Origin: Candidatus Nomurabacteria bacterium
GTDB lineage: Bacteria > Patescibacteriota > Minisyncoccia > Phycocordibacterales > UBA9973
NCBI GenBank assembly: GCA_021413905.1
Contig: JAIOPO010000003.1
Span: 1 to 49,870, forward strand
Direction of reading: 5' to 3'
Length of the DNA: 49,870 bases
The translations under genes and the position numbers were made by a program. A model generated the notes under the pieces. The model was not told the DNA's origin. It made no database searches and saw only the letters and a program-made list of their open reading frames with translations. Below are positions 1 to 9,778 of the stretch, piece by piece. Numbering within the stretch: the stretch's first letter is position 1; the number at the start of each line of letters is the position of its first letter.

Positions 1-638
1 CGAAAATAATAAATTATATAAATAAAAATCAGCCAGATGTAATATTTTTGCAAGAAATTCAAATTGATTTTAACAAATCCCCTTTTTCACAAGTTGAAAT
101 AATCAAAGAAAAAATATCGGGATATAAATATTCAATACATTCAACAATCTATCCTAAAAACAAACAAAAAGGTGAAGAAATAAAAATACCAATCCAGCAT
201 GGCATGGCCATATTATCTAAATATCCAATTGTAAATTCTTTTGAATATTATCTACCTTTGCCTGAAAACGAAACAGAACCGCGTTCAATATTATGTTTTG
301 ATTTGGATATAAATGGCACAATTCATAAATTTGCAAATATACATTTTACAAACAAAGAAGAGATTGCAAAAAATCAACTTATGGATTTTTTGCAACTAAT
401 GAATTCAAGAAATGAAAAAAGAATCATGGCTGGAGATTTTAATATGTTTGATTTACCTCAATACAATGATTTGATTAAAGATTATGAATTATCTTTTAAT
501 TACAAAAATTACATTTCATATCCAAAAGACAATGGTACATTAGATTACATAATGATTCCGAAATCTTATAAATTTGAAAAATTAGAAATTATTGAAAATA
601 TTTCTGATCATAATGGGATATTAATTGAAATTTCTTAA
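1..638 (+). CDS. endonuclease/exonuclease/phosphatase (EEP) family protein, 5' end off-window
   Basis: The frame stays open upstream of the track start back to base 3 (KIINYINKNQPDVIFLQEI, an EEP N-terminal motif). The C-terminal SDHNGILIEIS matches the EEP catalytic SDH motif. Confidence 0.7.
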   Translation, partial: KIINYINKNQPDVIFLQEIQIDFNKSPFSQVEIIKEKISGYKYSIHSTIYPKNKQKGEEIKIPIQHGMAILSKYPIVNSFEYYLPLPENETEPRSILCFDLDINGTIHKFANIHFTNKEEIAKNQLMDFLQLMNSRNEKRIMAGDFNMFDLPQYNDLIKDYELSFNYKNYISYPKDNGTLDYIMIPKSYKFEKLEIIENISDHNGILIEIS

Positions 639-734
639 TTAATTTTCAAATACGTATATTTACTACTTTTGTATATAAATAAACCTCATTTTATTATGCC
701 CGGTAATATTTTACCAATCACCTTTTGAGAGATA

Positions 735-1163
735 TCACGAATTCAAAACAAGACTTCCAGATGAATTATTTTTGATTAAATCTACAATTATTTTCGGTTT
801 TATATTAAAATTATCAATTTCATTCACTGGCACTGCAACAAAATTATCAGGAAGATTCAATGAAAGTATTTCTTTTACTTCATAAATAAAACAAATTTCA
901 TGTACTTTTATATTATTTTTATCTGTATAAAAATTTTCCAAGATTGACTTAAATACAAAATTTTCAATATCAATTTCAATATCCAATTCTTCTTTTATTT
1001 CCCTTTGAGCTGCCTCCAATGAGGATTCATTTAATTTTATTTTTCCACCAATAGGAAAAATATATTCTTTGTTTTTTTCAAACAAATAACCATTTTCTGT
1101 TTTAACCAGAATGGCCACACGAACACGAAGAATATTATTATCTAATTTTATCAATAAATCCAT
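735..1163 (-). CDS. NUDIX hydrolase
   Basis: Nudix box GGKIKLNESSLEAAQREIKEELDI (GX5EX7REUXEEXGU pattern). Confidence 0.8.
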   Translation of the reverse strand: MDLLIKLDNNILRVRVAILVKTENGYLFEKNKEYIFPIGGKIKLNESSLEAAQREIKEELDIEIDIENFVFKSILENFYTDKNNIKVHEICFIYEVKEILSLNLPDNFVAVPVNEIDNFNIKPKIIVDLIKNNSSGSLVLNS

Positions 1164-1272
1164 AAAATTTGTATATTAATTTATAATAACTATTATAACA
1201 CAAAAAACCAATAAATACTGGCTAAAATGATATAAAATTGCATTTTTATAGATATTATGCAATAATGGAAAC

Positions 1273-1515
1273 ATGCAAATCGTAGCCAAAATATTGCCTT
1301 ATATGCAAATAGTATTCTCAATAGTGTTGATTCTAGCCATTTTGTTCCAACAATCCGGAGCTGGTGCTGGAGGCGCTTTAGGCGGTGCTGATACAGGTTC
1401 TTTTCACCAAACACGCCGAGGTTTCGAGAAATTTCTTTTTTACTTGTCCATCGTTTGTGGTATCCTCTTTGCTTTGTCTGCTTTTCTCGCTATAATTGTA
1501 AAAGCTAACAGCTAA
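1273..1515 (+). CDS. secG: preprotein translocase subunit SecG
   Basis: 80 aa with two TM segments flanking the Gly-rich loop FQQSGAGAGGALGGAD typical of SecG. Confidence 0.75.
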   Translation: MQIVAKILPYMQIVFSIVLILAILFQQSGAGAGGALGGADTGSFHQTRRGFEKFLFYLSIVCGILFALSAFLAIIVKANS

Positions 1516-1564
1516 ATTTAATTGTTTCTAAAAAAATAATATTTATTTTATTTTTTCTTAATTT

Positions 1565-3358
1565 ATGGAAAATTTATACAAATTTATACGTAATTTCAAA
1601 TTACCAACAAAAACAGAATTGAAATCTGCTTTTTCTTATTTTTCAAAAAGAGAATGGCTCATATTTTTTAGTCTTGTCATTGTTTTATTTGTCAGCACTA
1701 TTATAATTTTAGAAAAAATCAACAAATCTTTTATGACAGAAATACCAGCCCCAGGTGGCAGTATTTCAGAAGGTATCATAGGGACTCCACGTTTCGTAAA
1801 TCCGATACTTGCATTATCAGATGCTGACAGAGATTTAGTATCTTTAATATATTCAGGTCTTTTAAGAAAAGATTCTGATGGAAATTTAATTCCAGATTTA
1901 GCTGAAAGTTATGATGTTTCAAAGGACGGATTAACTTATACTTTTACATTAAAAGACAAGATATTTTTTCATGACAAAAAACCAATAACTGCTGATGATA
2001 TTGTTTTTACAATAACAAAAGCCAAAGACCCGATAATAAAAAGTCCGATAAAAGCAAATTGGGATGGTGTAACAGTAGAAAAAATAGATGAAAAAACAAT
2101 AAAGTTCACATTGAAACAACCATATGCTTCATTTTTAGAAAACATGACTTTAGGTATCATACCGATGCATATATGGGGAAATTCTACAGCAATAGAATTA
2201 AATGATGCGAACATAAATCCAATAGGATCCGGACCTTATCGTGTTACAAAAACAAATAAACAATCTTCAGGTTTGATAGATTCTTATGAACTTTCTTATT
2301 TCAAAAACTTTATATTAAAGAAACCAAATATAAAAAATATTAATTTACATTTTTATCCAAATGAAAATTATTTAATAGAAGGATTAAAAAATGGTGAAGT
2401 GGATCAAGCAAGTTCAATAACTCCACAAAATGCTGAATTATTAAAAGATAAAGGCTACAGAATCGAATCTTCTGTGTTACCTAGAGTTTTTGGTTTATTT
2501 TTTAATCAAAATCAAGCGCAAATTTTTACAGACAAACATATCATCGAAGCTATCAATCAAGCTATAGACAAAGATCAGATAATAAACGAAGTCTTGTCTG
2601 GTTATGGTGTTGTTATAAATGATCCGATACCTCCAAATATGCTCGCATATCAAAAATTAAACAAAGACGACAAATCCACTCATGAAGAAAATCTACAAAA
2701 AGCTTTGGATATATTGGCAAAAGATGGTTGGAAGAAAAATGCCGATGGAGTGCTCGAAAAAACAACAATAACAGGCAAGAAAAATTCAAAAGGAAAAACA
2801 GTTTCTACTGGAAAAAAAAGCACCAGTATTATTGAATTCTCAATCTCCACAGGCAATGCACCAGAACTCGCAAAGACAGCAGAGATCATCAGTAATGATT
2901 TAAATGCTTTGGGAATGAAAGTAGACGTGAAGACTTTTGAAACCGGAAATCTAAACCAAACAGTCATTCGCCCTCGCAAATATGATGCTTTACTTTTCGG
3001 TCAAATTATCAATCACGAATCAGATTTATTTGCATTTTGGCATTCATCTCAAAGACATGATCCGGGGTTAAATATCGCAATGTATACAAATGCAAAAGTA
3101 GATAAAATACTAGAAGATGCTCTGGTCACAACAAATGAAAACAATCGTATTAAAAAATATGCAGAATTCGAAAATGAAATAGAAAAAGACAGTCCAGCAG
3201 TTTTTTTATATAGCCCGAGTTTCATATATGTAATATCAAAAAATTTAAAAGGTCTATCAATCAATCATTTGATATCCCCTGCTGATAGATTTTTAAATTC
3301 ATATTTATGGTATACACAAACAGAAGGTGTTTGGAAAATATTCTCTAAACAGAACTAA
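1565..3358 (+). CDS. ABC transporter substrate-binding protein, family 5 (peptide/nickel type), N-terminal TM anchor
   Basis: 597 aa. N-terminal hydrophobic anchor, then SBP_bac_5-like blocks (GTPRFVNPILA, LLRKDSDGNLIPDLAES, FHDKKPITADDIVFT). No permease or ATPase gene is adjacent. Confidence 0.7.
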   Translation: MENLYKFIRNFKLPTKTELKSAFSYFSKREWLIFFSLVIVLFVSTIIILEKINKSFMTEIPAPGGSISEGIIGTPRFVNPILALSDADRDLVSLIYSGLLRKDSDGNLIPDLAESYDVSKDGLTYTFTLKDKIFFHDKKPITADDIVFTITKAKDPIIKSPIKANWDGVTVEKIDEKTIKFTLKQPYASFLENMTLGIIPMHIWGNSTAIELNDANINPIGSGPYRVTKTNKQSSGLIDSYELSYFKNFILKKPNIKNINLHFYPNENYLIEGLKNGEVDQASSITPQNAELLKDKGYRIESSVLPRVFGLFFNQNQAQIFTDKHIIEAINQAIDKDQIINEVLSGYGVVINDPIPPNMLAYQKLNKDDKSTHEENLQKALDILAKDGWKKNADGVLEKTTITGKKNSKGKTVSTGKKSTSIIEFSISTGNAPELAKTAEIISNDLNALGMKVDVKTFETGNLNQTVIRPRKYDALLFGQIINHESDLFAFWHSSQRHDPGLNIAMYTNAKVDKILEDALVTTNENNRIKKYAEFENEIEKDSPAVFLYSPSFIYVISKNLKGLSINHLISPADRFLNSYLWYTQTEGVWKIFSKQN

Positions 3359-3432
3359 TGTTTTTATAAAAAAAATTATTAATAAATTAACAATAAATAT
3401 TCTATTAAATAAAATTAGGATAAAAAAATAAA

Positions 3433-5400
3433 ATGAAGAAAAAAGACAGACTGCCGTTTAGCGCTATCAGCGTCGAACCAAATCGCAATACTCTGAATCA
3501 AAACACAGACAATGCAAAACAAAACAATAAACACCACACAGATGCGCATGTTCATAAAAAAGCTCACACAGCAGTAGATGCTCACAAAAAAAGAACTCAA
3601 AAGAGTTCCACTTTTCAATATTCAAAATTTGGAAAAGGAAGACAGCAATCCGGTGGCAGAAAGCCATCTTTCAATAGAAATTCTGATATTAAAGTTCCAA
3701 ATGTAGAGAAAGACGTAATACGTATTATTCCATTAGGTGGTGTTGAAGAAATCGGAAAAAACATGACTGCGATTGAAATCAATGATGATATCGTTGTTAT
3801 TGATGCGGGTATGCATTTCTCTACAGAAGAGACTCCGGGTGTGGACTATGTCATTCCAAATACCACATACTTGGAAGAAAATAAAAGTAAAATCCGAGCA
3901 CTTATAATAACTCACGGACATCTTGATCACGTTGGTGGAGTGCCATTGGTTTTATCTCGTATTGGCAATCCTCCAGTATATTCCAGAAATCTTTCCATCT
4001 TAATGATGAAAAAGCGCGCAGCTGAATTCACTCACCTGCCGGAAATGAAAACTGTCACAGTAGAAAAAGACGAAGTTGTAACTCTAGGTAAAATGCGTAT
4101 CAAATTTTTCGGCGTTACACATACTATACCGGATTCCATGGGTATAATCATAGAAACTCCACATGGCTGGATTGTAAACCCTGGAGATTACAAATTAGAC
4201 CAAGTCGACGGCATTGTCTCTGAATCAGAAGAAAAAGAATACAGTATTTTCGACAAAGCAAAAGTTTTGCTTTTAATGACAGACTCTACAAATATAGAAA
4301 ATGAAGGTTTTTCCTTGCCAGAAATAAAAGTGCATCAAGGATTGGAAAATATGTTAAAGAAAATAAATGGCAGAATAATAATCGCTGCTTTTGCTTCACA
4401 TATTACACGTCTTGCGCATGTAGTAAAAACTGCTGAAGCTTTAGGTAAAAAAATAGCTCTTGATGGCAGAAGCATGAAAACAAATATAGATGTGGCAATA
4501 GAAGCCGAATATTTCAAACCAAAAAAAGGTACTATTATTCCTTTAGAAGAAGTTGATAATTATCCACCAAATAAAATAGTCATACTTATGACAGGCGCTC
4601 AAGGTGAAGAATTTGCTTCACTAAATCGTGCTGCAAATAAAACACATACTAAATTTAAACTTCAAAAAGGTGACACTATTATTCTTTCTGCTTCTATAAT
4701 TCCTGGAAATGAGCTTCAAGTTCAAAAAATGAAAGACGGCTTAACTCGTCAAGGAGTACGCATCATAACATACCGAACAGGTGGTGAAGATTTTGTCCAT
4801 GCGACAGGTCACGGAAACCAAGAAGATATCAAATGGCTTCATAGGAAAACTCATCCGAAATTTTTCATACCAATTCACGGCTGGCATTCAATGCTTGTGC
4901 GACACAAAGAACTTGCGATGGAACTCGGAATGTCCGAAGAAAATATAATAGTGCCGGACAATGGATCTATTATAGAAATTTCACCTGATGGAGAGAAAAT
5001 TTCTATGCGTAAAGAAAAAGCTCCAAGCGGAGCAATGATGGTAGACGGTGCATCTATAAGTGATACTCAAGATGTAGTTATCAGAGATCGTAAAATGCTC
5101 GCGGAAGATGGTATGTTTGTCATCATGGCTTTGATAGATCAAAATACAGGTAGACTAAAAAAATCACCGGACTTGGTATCCAGAGGTTTTGTCTACTTGA
5201 AAGAAAATCAAGAACTCTTGCGACAAGTCAGAATAATAATTAAAAAATCAATCGAAGATGGAACATCTAAAATGAATACAAATGGACAACCTATTGATTT
5301 TGATTATTTGAAAAACGGACTAGGTGAAACTGTCTCAAAATATCTCTATCAAAAAACAGCAAAGAGACCTTTGGTTATACCTGTTATTTTAGCAGTATAA
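3433..5400 (+). CDS. rnj: ribonuclease J (beta-CASP metallo-beta-lactamase) with basic His/Lys-rich N-terminal extension
   Basis: IPLGGVEEIGKNMT, HxHxDH motif ITHGHLDHVGG, beta-CASP and C-terminal domain order typical of RNase J. The first ~90 aa are low complexity (KHHTDAHVHKKAHTAVDAHKKR). Confidence 0.85.
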   Translation: MKKKDRLPFSAISVEPNRNTLNQNTDNAKQNNKHHTDAHVHKKAHTAVDAHKKRTQKSSTFQYSKFGKGRQQSGGRKPSFNRNSDIKVPNVEKDVIRIIPLGGVEEIGKNMTAIEINDDIVVIDAGMHFSTEETPGVDYVIPNTTYLEENKSKIRALIITHGHLDHVGGVPLVLSRIGNPPVYSRNLSILMMKKRAAEFTHLPEMKTVTVEKDEVVTLGKMRIKFFGVTHTIPDSMGIIIETPHGWIVNPGDYKLDQVDGIVSESEEKEYSIFDKAKVLLLMTDSTNIENEGFSLPEIKVHQGLENMLKKINGRIIIAAFASHITRLAHVVKTAEALGKKIALDGRSMKTNIDVAIEAEYFKPKKGTIIPLEEVDNYPPNKIVILMTGAQGEEFASLNRAANKTHTKFKLQKGDTIILSASIIPGNELQVQKMKDGLTRQGVRIITYRTGGEDFVHATGHGNQEDIKWLHRKTHPKFFIPIHGWHSMLVRHKELAMELGMSEENIIVPDNGSIIEISPDGEKISMRKEKAPSGAMMVDGASISDTQDVVIRDRKMLAEDGMFVIMALIDQNTGRLKKSPDLVSRGFVYLKENQELLRQVRIIIKKSIEDGTSKMNTNGQPIDFDYLKNGLGETVSKYLYQKTAKRPLVIPVILAV

Positions 5401-5404
5401 AAAA

Positions 5405-6565
5405 ATGTTTAAAGATAGTCCAAAATTAAAAAACATATTCTTGATTGGATTTTTATTGTCTTTTCATCTTGCTCTTTTAGCATATATAAATTCAAGCTTC
5501 TTGTCTTCATTTATCAGTGAGAAAATGGTTGGCTTGGCTTATGCTTCAGGTTCCCTTGTTTCAATTATAGCTTTGCTCATTGCACCACACATATTCAATA
5601 GAGTCGGTGGACAAAAATTTTTAATCTATATCTCAGGGCTCAGTGCTTTGTCTTTATTGTGTTTAGCTTTTGCAAAAAGTGCATACACAGCAATACCTGT
5701 ATTCATAATTTATTTTGCAATAAACACAATGATATTCTTTTCAATAGATGAACTTTTGAAAATATTTTCAAGTAATTCTTCAACCGGAAAAATTCGTGGT
5801 CTTTATATGGCATTTGTAAATCTGGCTTGGATTATAACTCAGATATTTTCAGGCAGTATAATTGAAAATTATAAATTTAAAGAAATATATCTTATTGCTT
5901 TTAGTATAATGATATTATTTTTTATTGCATCATTATTTGGATTAAAAAATATTCAAAATCCTCCATCTGATAAAAAAAATATAATTCAATCAGTAAAAGA
6001 ATTTTTAAAAATAAAAGAAATATTTCGAATATACAAAATAAATCTTTTATTACAATTATTTTATTGTTGGATGGTGATATATACTCCGATTTATTTGTAT
6101 CATCATTTGAATTTTGAATGGAAAGAAATGGGTATAATATTTGCAATAATGCTACTACCTTTTTCTATCATCCCATATCAAATAGGAAAATATGCGGATA
6201 AAATCGGTGAAAGAAAAATGCTAATATTTGGTTTCTTTGTAATTTCATTATCGACTATTTCCCTATTCTTTATTCACCTTCATAGTATTTACATATGGGC
6301 TTTTATGCTTTTTATGACTCGTGTAGGTGCTTCAATAGCAGAAACAATGACCGATGTTTATTTCTTTAAACATATAAAAACTGAACAAGAAGAATTCGTA
6401 AGTGTGTTTCGAAGCGCCACCCCTGTGGCCTATATCATCGGTCCGATAATTGCATTTATGGTATTTGAAATCACACCAGCTTTTAAATTCATATACCTTA
6501 TTTTAGGAATAATAATGCTTTACGGCATTTATTTATCTTCAAAAATAAACAAAAAAGACATTTAA
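5405..6565 (+). CDS. MFS transporter
   Basis: 386 aa, about 12 hydrophobic segments, two-halves organisation with a central loop (NPPSDKKNIIQSVKEF). Confidence 0.65.
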   Translation: MFKDSPKLKNIFLIGFLLSFHLALLAYINSSFLSSFISEKMVGLAYASGSLVSIIALLIAPHIFNRVGGQKFLIYISGLSALSLLCLAFAKSAYTAIPVFIIYFAINTMIFFSIDELLKIFSSNSSTGKIRGLYMAFVNLAWIITQIFSGSIIENYKFKEIYLIAFSIMILFFIASLFGLKNIQNPPSDKKNIIQSVKEFLKIKEIFRIYKINLLLQLFYCWMVIYTPIYLYHHLNFEWKEMGIIFAIMLLPFSIIPYQIGKYADKIGERKMLIFGFFVISLSTISLFFIHLHSIYIWAFMLFMTRVGASIAETMTDVYFFKHIKTEQEEFVSVFRSATPVAYIIGPIIAFMVFEITPAFKFIYLILGIIMLYGIYLSSKINKKDI

Positions 6566-6569
6566 AAAA

Positions 6570-6605
6570 CACCTTGAGTAAATAAATACTCAAGGTGTTT
6601 CATTT
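6570..6605. terminator. bidirectional intrinsic terminator between convergent genes
   Basis: 11-bp perfect stem caccttgagta/tactcaaggtg (6570-6580 / 6587-6597), flanked by an A-run upstream and a T-rich run downstream. Confidence 0.75.
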
Positions 6606-6621
6606 TTAAAATATAAGCTGA

Positions 6622-7536
6622 TTAAAAATCAACCTCTATTTTGTCTTTTTTCCTGTAATTATATTTTTCCAGGAAAATTTTTAAGTACTCCTCTACCCTC
6701 AAAGAACGGGCTTCGATCAAATTAATTACTGGGTGTTTCTTTAATTGATCAATCAAATGACCATGGTCATACCCTTTTGTATTAATTAGCTGAATAATTG
6801 CATCAACACAATTACGACTTTTCCATGCATATGGATGAAAGTCTTTCATCATGTTTATTTTTTTGGCTTTTTCGTGAGCGCGAGTGATTTGTTCTGGTTC
6901 TAATTTCATCTTACCAGAACGAAAATCATCATTATTTTTTCCGGCAGTTACCCTTCTTCCAAGAATGATAATTTGAGCTGTCGTAATGTCGAACTCATAT
7001 TTATCATAAAAACTCTTAAATAAAACATAAGAGCTATTACCACTCTTGGCATGGGTATTTAAAAAATCTTCCGCCGTCCAATTACTGGAATTCACATTTA
7101 GAATTGATACATGGTCAATACCCCAATTAGGTATAATCAAAAAATAAACCGGCAGGTGTTTTCTTTTAGCTGCCTCGAATCGGTGTTGTCCATCAATAAT
7201 TTCGAGTTTTTCATTCACATAAATAATTGTAAACAAATACCCATCCTTATGATAAGACTCCATTAATTTGTGAACATGCTGTTCTTTCAAGTCCCTGTTC
7301 CCCAGCAAATGCTTAAAAGATCTATAATTTTTAGTCTTATAAACCTTAAAATCATCAATCGGCAAAATATGACAACTTTCAGATAAAAAATCAATTAACG
7401 GCGTACCATCAGAGAGTTTCCCCTCTAACATTTCATCTGTTAATCTTTCAACACGGAGAATTTTAATCTCCGCTTCATTGTTTGATGGGATGTCGACAGT
7501 AATTGTCGCACTTTCCTTTACTTTTCCTGTATTCAT
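6622..7536 (-). CDS. ParB/sulfiredoxin-fold protein with DGQHR motif (DndB-like), orphan
   Basis: LEIIDGQHRFEAAKRKHLPVYFLII carries the DGQHR signature of ParB-N / DndB-like domains. No dnd, dpd or partition partner genes are nearby. Confidence 0.5.
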   Translation of the reverse strand: MNTGKVKESATITVDIPSNNEAEIKILRVERLTDEMLEGKLSDGTPLIDFLSESCHILPIDDFKVYKTKNYRSFKHLLGNRDLKEQHVHKLMESYHKDGYLFTIIYVNEKLEIIDGQHRFEAAKRKHLPVYFLIIPNWGIDHVSILNVNSSNWTAEDFLNTHAKSGNSSYVLFKSFYDKYEFDITTAQIIILGRRVTAGKNNDDFRSGKMKLEPEQITRAHEKAKKINMMKDFHPYAWKSRNCVDAIIQLINTKGYDHGHLIDQLKKHPVINLIEARSLRVEEYLKIFLEKYNYRKKDKIEVDF

Positions 7537-7585
7537 TATTTTAAAGAACTAGATCATTTGGTCACTAGCCCAAAATAACATTAGC

Positions 7586-7603
7586 ATATATATATATATA
7601 TAT
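7586..7603. repeat. (AT)9 dinucleotide microsatellite in divergent promoter region
   Basis: atatatatatatatatat read directly at 7586-7603, between the ParB-like gene and the 7659 ORF. Confidence 0.9.
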
Positions 7604-7658
7604 TGTCAAGTTTTTAAAAATATATAAATCAATATCATTAGTTTTTATTTTTTAAATA

Positions 7659-8024
7659 TTGTATAATCTACAAAATAGTTTTTTGAAAACAATTCAAACG
7701 CCGGTAGTAAACCCTTGTAAAGGCAAGGAAATATCTTCGAGTGAAGATTCTGGCATTTTATTTTTTATGGAGAATAAAGAAAAAAACAATAAAGAAAAAT
7801 TTGACCAAATAATAAAATTTGTTCAAAAAATACAGAACAACAAGAAATGTTCAACAAAAGTTTTAAATCAAAATATGGTACAAATAATAGAAGTACCAGA
7901 AGCATACATCCCTGAAATCAAAATGGAATTTGAAAAAATCAAACTTCCTTTCAAGTTATTTGGCAATTCTTTTGGTATAGACCTAAGAAGAATAAATGAA
8001 GAACATTTAAGTATGATGAATTGA
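7659..8024 (+). CDS. hypothetical protein (start uncertain; first ATG at 7767)
   Basis: The ORF is closed by a strong terminator. The track start is TTG, and MENKEKNNKEK at 7767 is an alternative start. No recognisable motif. Confidence 0.4.
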   Translation: MYNLQNSFLKTIQTPVVNPCKGKEISSSEDSGILFFMENKEKNNKEKFDQIIKFVQKIQNNKKCSTKVLNQNMVQIIEVPEAYIPEIKMEFEKIKLPFKLFGNSFGIDLRRINEEHLSMMN

Positions 8025-8031
8025 AAATTTA

Positions 8032-8065
8032 ACAGCCCCCTGTTTTTACCAGGGGGCTGTTTTTA
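8032..8065 (+). terminator. intrinsic terminator
   Basis: Stem acagccccctg/cagggggctgt with loop tttttac, followed by TTTTT. Confidence 0.8.
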
Positions 8066-8083
8066 ATTTTAAAAAAACAACTA

Positions 8084-8476
8084 TTAAAATAATGCAACTT
8101 GCATCCAAACAAATGAAGGAATTGCGAGCATGCAAAGCAACGCACCCACGAGAGCCAAATTCTTTTTGAAGTTTATTTCTTCACCCATTTTTTGCATAGG
8201 ATCTGCGACAGTCCAGAATTGATGCATCATAAAAGTAGTAATAATTAAAAATACCACTAATAATAAGATTGAAATTTGTGTATAAATACCGAGCAATACA
8301 CCGGCACCACCCAATACCATCATAAGTCCTGTAAGGACTACAGAAGTTGCCGGCATAGGCACACCTTTTGAATCTGCATATCCAGTCAACATTTTTAAAT
8401 TTTTAAAGTGATTATAACCACTTATTAAAAAATACACGCCCAACAAAATTCTACCCACAACAAATAAATACAACAT
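8084..8476 (-). CDS. DoxX family membrane protein
   Basis: 130 aa, four TM segments. GRILLGVYFLISGYNHF is a DoxX-like N-terminal block. Confidence 0.6.
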   Translation of the reverse strand: MLYLFVVGRILLGVYFLISGYNHFKNLKMLTGYADSKGVPMPATSVVLTGLMMVLGGAGVLLGIYTQISILLLVVFLIITTFMMHQFWTVADPMQKMGEEINFKKNLALVGALLCMLAIPSFVWMQVALF

Positions 8477-8545
8477 AAATTTTATTTAATTTAAACTAAT
8501 AATATACTCTTATTATACATCAATATTTAAAATTAAAACACTTGA

Positions 8546-9157
8546 TTAAATATGAAAAAAACCGAGCAATACTGCTGTTAAATTTAAAATTGCATGAGAA
8601 ATAAAAACCAATAAAAGATTGGGATATCTTAAATAAATCCAAGCAAAAAATAGTCCGGAAATAAAAGCTAAAGGTATCCCTATTCCCAAATTTGGATAAA
8701 TTATATGAATAAATGTAAACAATATAGCGTTAACCAAAACTATTAAATATTGATTATTAAAAAGTAATTTTAATCTAGGTATCAAAAAAGAACGAAAAGC
8801 GAATTCTTGAAAAAAAGAAATTGGTAAAAACAAAAGCCAAGTTTTTACAAAAAATCTCACAGTATCTATATCAGGCATACGAACCTTATAATCAATTAAA
8901 AATAAAAAGGCCACTCCCAAAGTTGTAAAAAATAAATAATAAGGCAAAGATTTTTTTATATTGTCATGCCTTACACCCATTTCCCTGTGAGACCATTTCT
9001 CATGATGAATAATTCCATAAATAAACAATGCACTCAAAGCTAAAACTAAAATTCTCCAATCTAATGGTAAAATTTTAAAATATAATAAAAAAACAGGAAA
9101 AATAAAAATTAAGAAAATTTGTAAAAATATTAATCTTTTAGATATTTTATAGTGCAT
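8546..9157 (-). CDS. CPBP family intramembrane glutamic endopeptidase (CAAX protease-like)
   Basis: Motif 1 FQEFAFRSFL (EExxxR), motif 2 FTFIH, motif 3 SHAILN, within a polytopic membrane protein. Confidence 0.75.
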   Translation of the reverse strand: MHYKISKRLIFLQIFLIFIFPVFLLYFKILPLDWRILVLALSALFIYGIIHHEKWSHREMGVRHDNIKKSLPYYLFFTTLGVAFLFLIDYKVRMPDIDTVRFFVKTWLLFLPISFFQEFAFRSFLIPRLKLLFNNQYLIVLVNAILFTFIHIIYPNLGIGIPLAFISGLFFAWIYLRYPNLLLVFISHAILNLTAVLLGFFHI

Positions 9158-9776
9158 CTTTATATTCTACTACATTACTTGCTTGTATTTCTATGGCGTC
9201 GGCTTTGCGTAATTTATTGATATTTTTTTTATTTAAAATATCGTAATGTTTTATTTTGTCGAGTTCTTCATCTATACCCCACATATCTTGCATTTCATTT
9301 TTCCAATTATCTTCAAAAATATTCAAATCCAAAACATCAGAATATTGTCTTAAAGTTTTAGAACCATTTGTTAAAAAATATTCGTGAAAATAAGACAAAG
9401 CTAATTCACGGATATTTTTATAAATTGGATCTCGATAACGCAAAACACTATGATTTGTCTTTGACAATGCTCCCCAATACCCATCTTTTTTAAATGGTGC
9501 TACAACATGATCAAAATCATTCTTAGTAGTCTTTAAATGAAGCAATAAAGGCTTATAACCCTGCAAAGACAACATAAAAGCACCTAATACAGCACCTTCT
9601 ATACAATGAGCATTTCCCTCTCGCAATACACGCAAAGGAGATTTGAAAGTATCTTTCACAAAACCTTTTTCGTCTTTTTCAAAATTAAATTTTAAACTAT
9701 TTAAAAAGTCTTGAACTTTCAAAGGAGTATTTATCTTTTTCAAAAATGCAATTTCTTTTTTTGTAAAATTTTCCAT
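9147..9776 (-). CDS. hypothetical protein, possible transglutaminase-like Cys-His-Asp fold
   Basis: GNAHCIEGAVLGAFML (Cys) followed by DFDHVVAPF (His). Pattern match only. Confidence 0.3.
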   Translation of the reverse strand: MENFTKKEIAFLKKINTPLKVQDFLNSLKFNFEKDEKGFVKDTFKSPLRVLREGNAHCIEGAVLGAFMLSLQGYKPLLLHLKTTKNDFDHVVAPFKKDGYWGALSKTNHSVLRYRDPIYKNIRELALSYFHEYFLTNGSKTLRQYSDVLDLNIFEDNWKNEMQDMWGIDEELDKIKHYDILNKKNINKLRKADAIEIQASNVVEYKDAL

Positions 9777-9778
9777 TT

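Noticed and set aside
1193-1414. 73-aa minus-strand ORF overlapping secG.
   Set aside because: It is antisense to a well-supported SecG ORF and has no motif.
1969-5000. Multiple 60-100-aa antisense ORFs inside the SBP and RNase J genes (for example 1969-2214, 2680-2979, 3049-3264, 3415-3667, 3733-3930, 4335-4517).
   Set aside because: They are embedded in longer ORFs with clear family motifs on the other strand.
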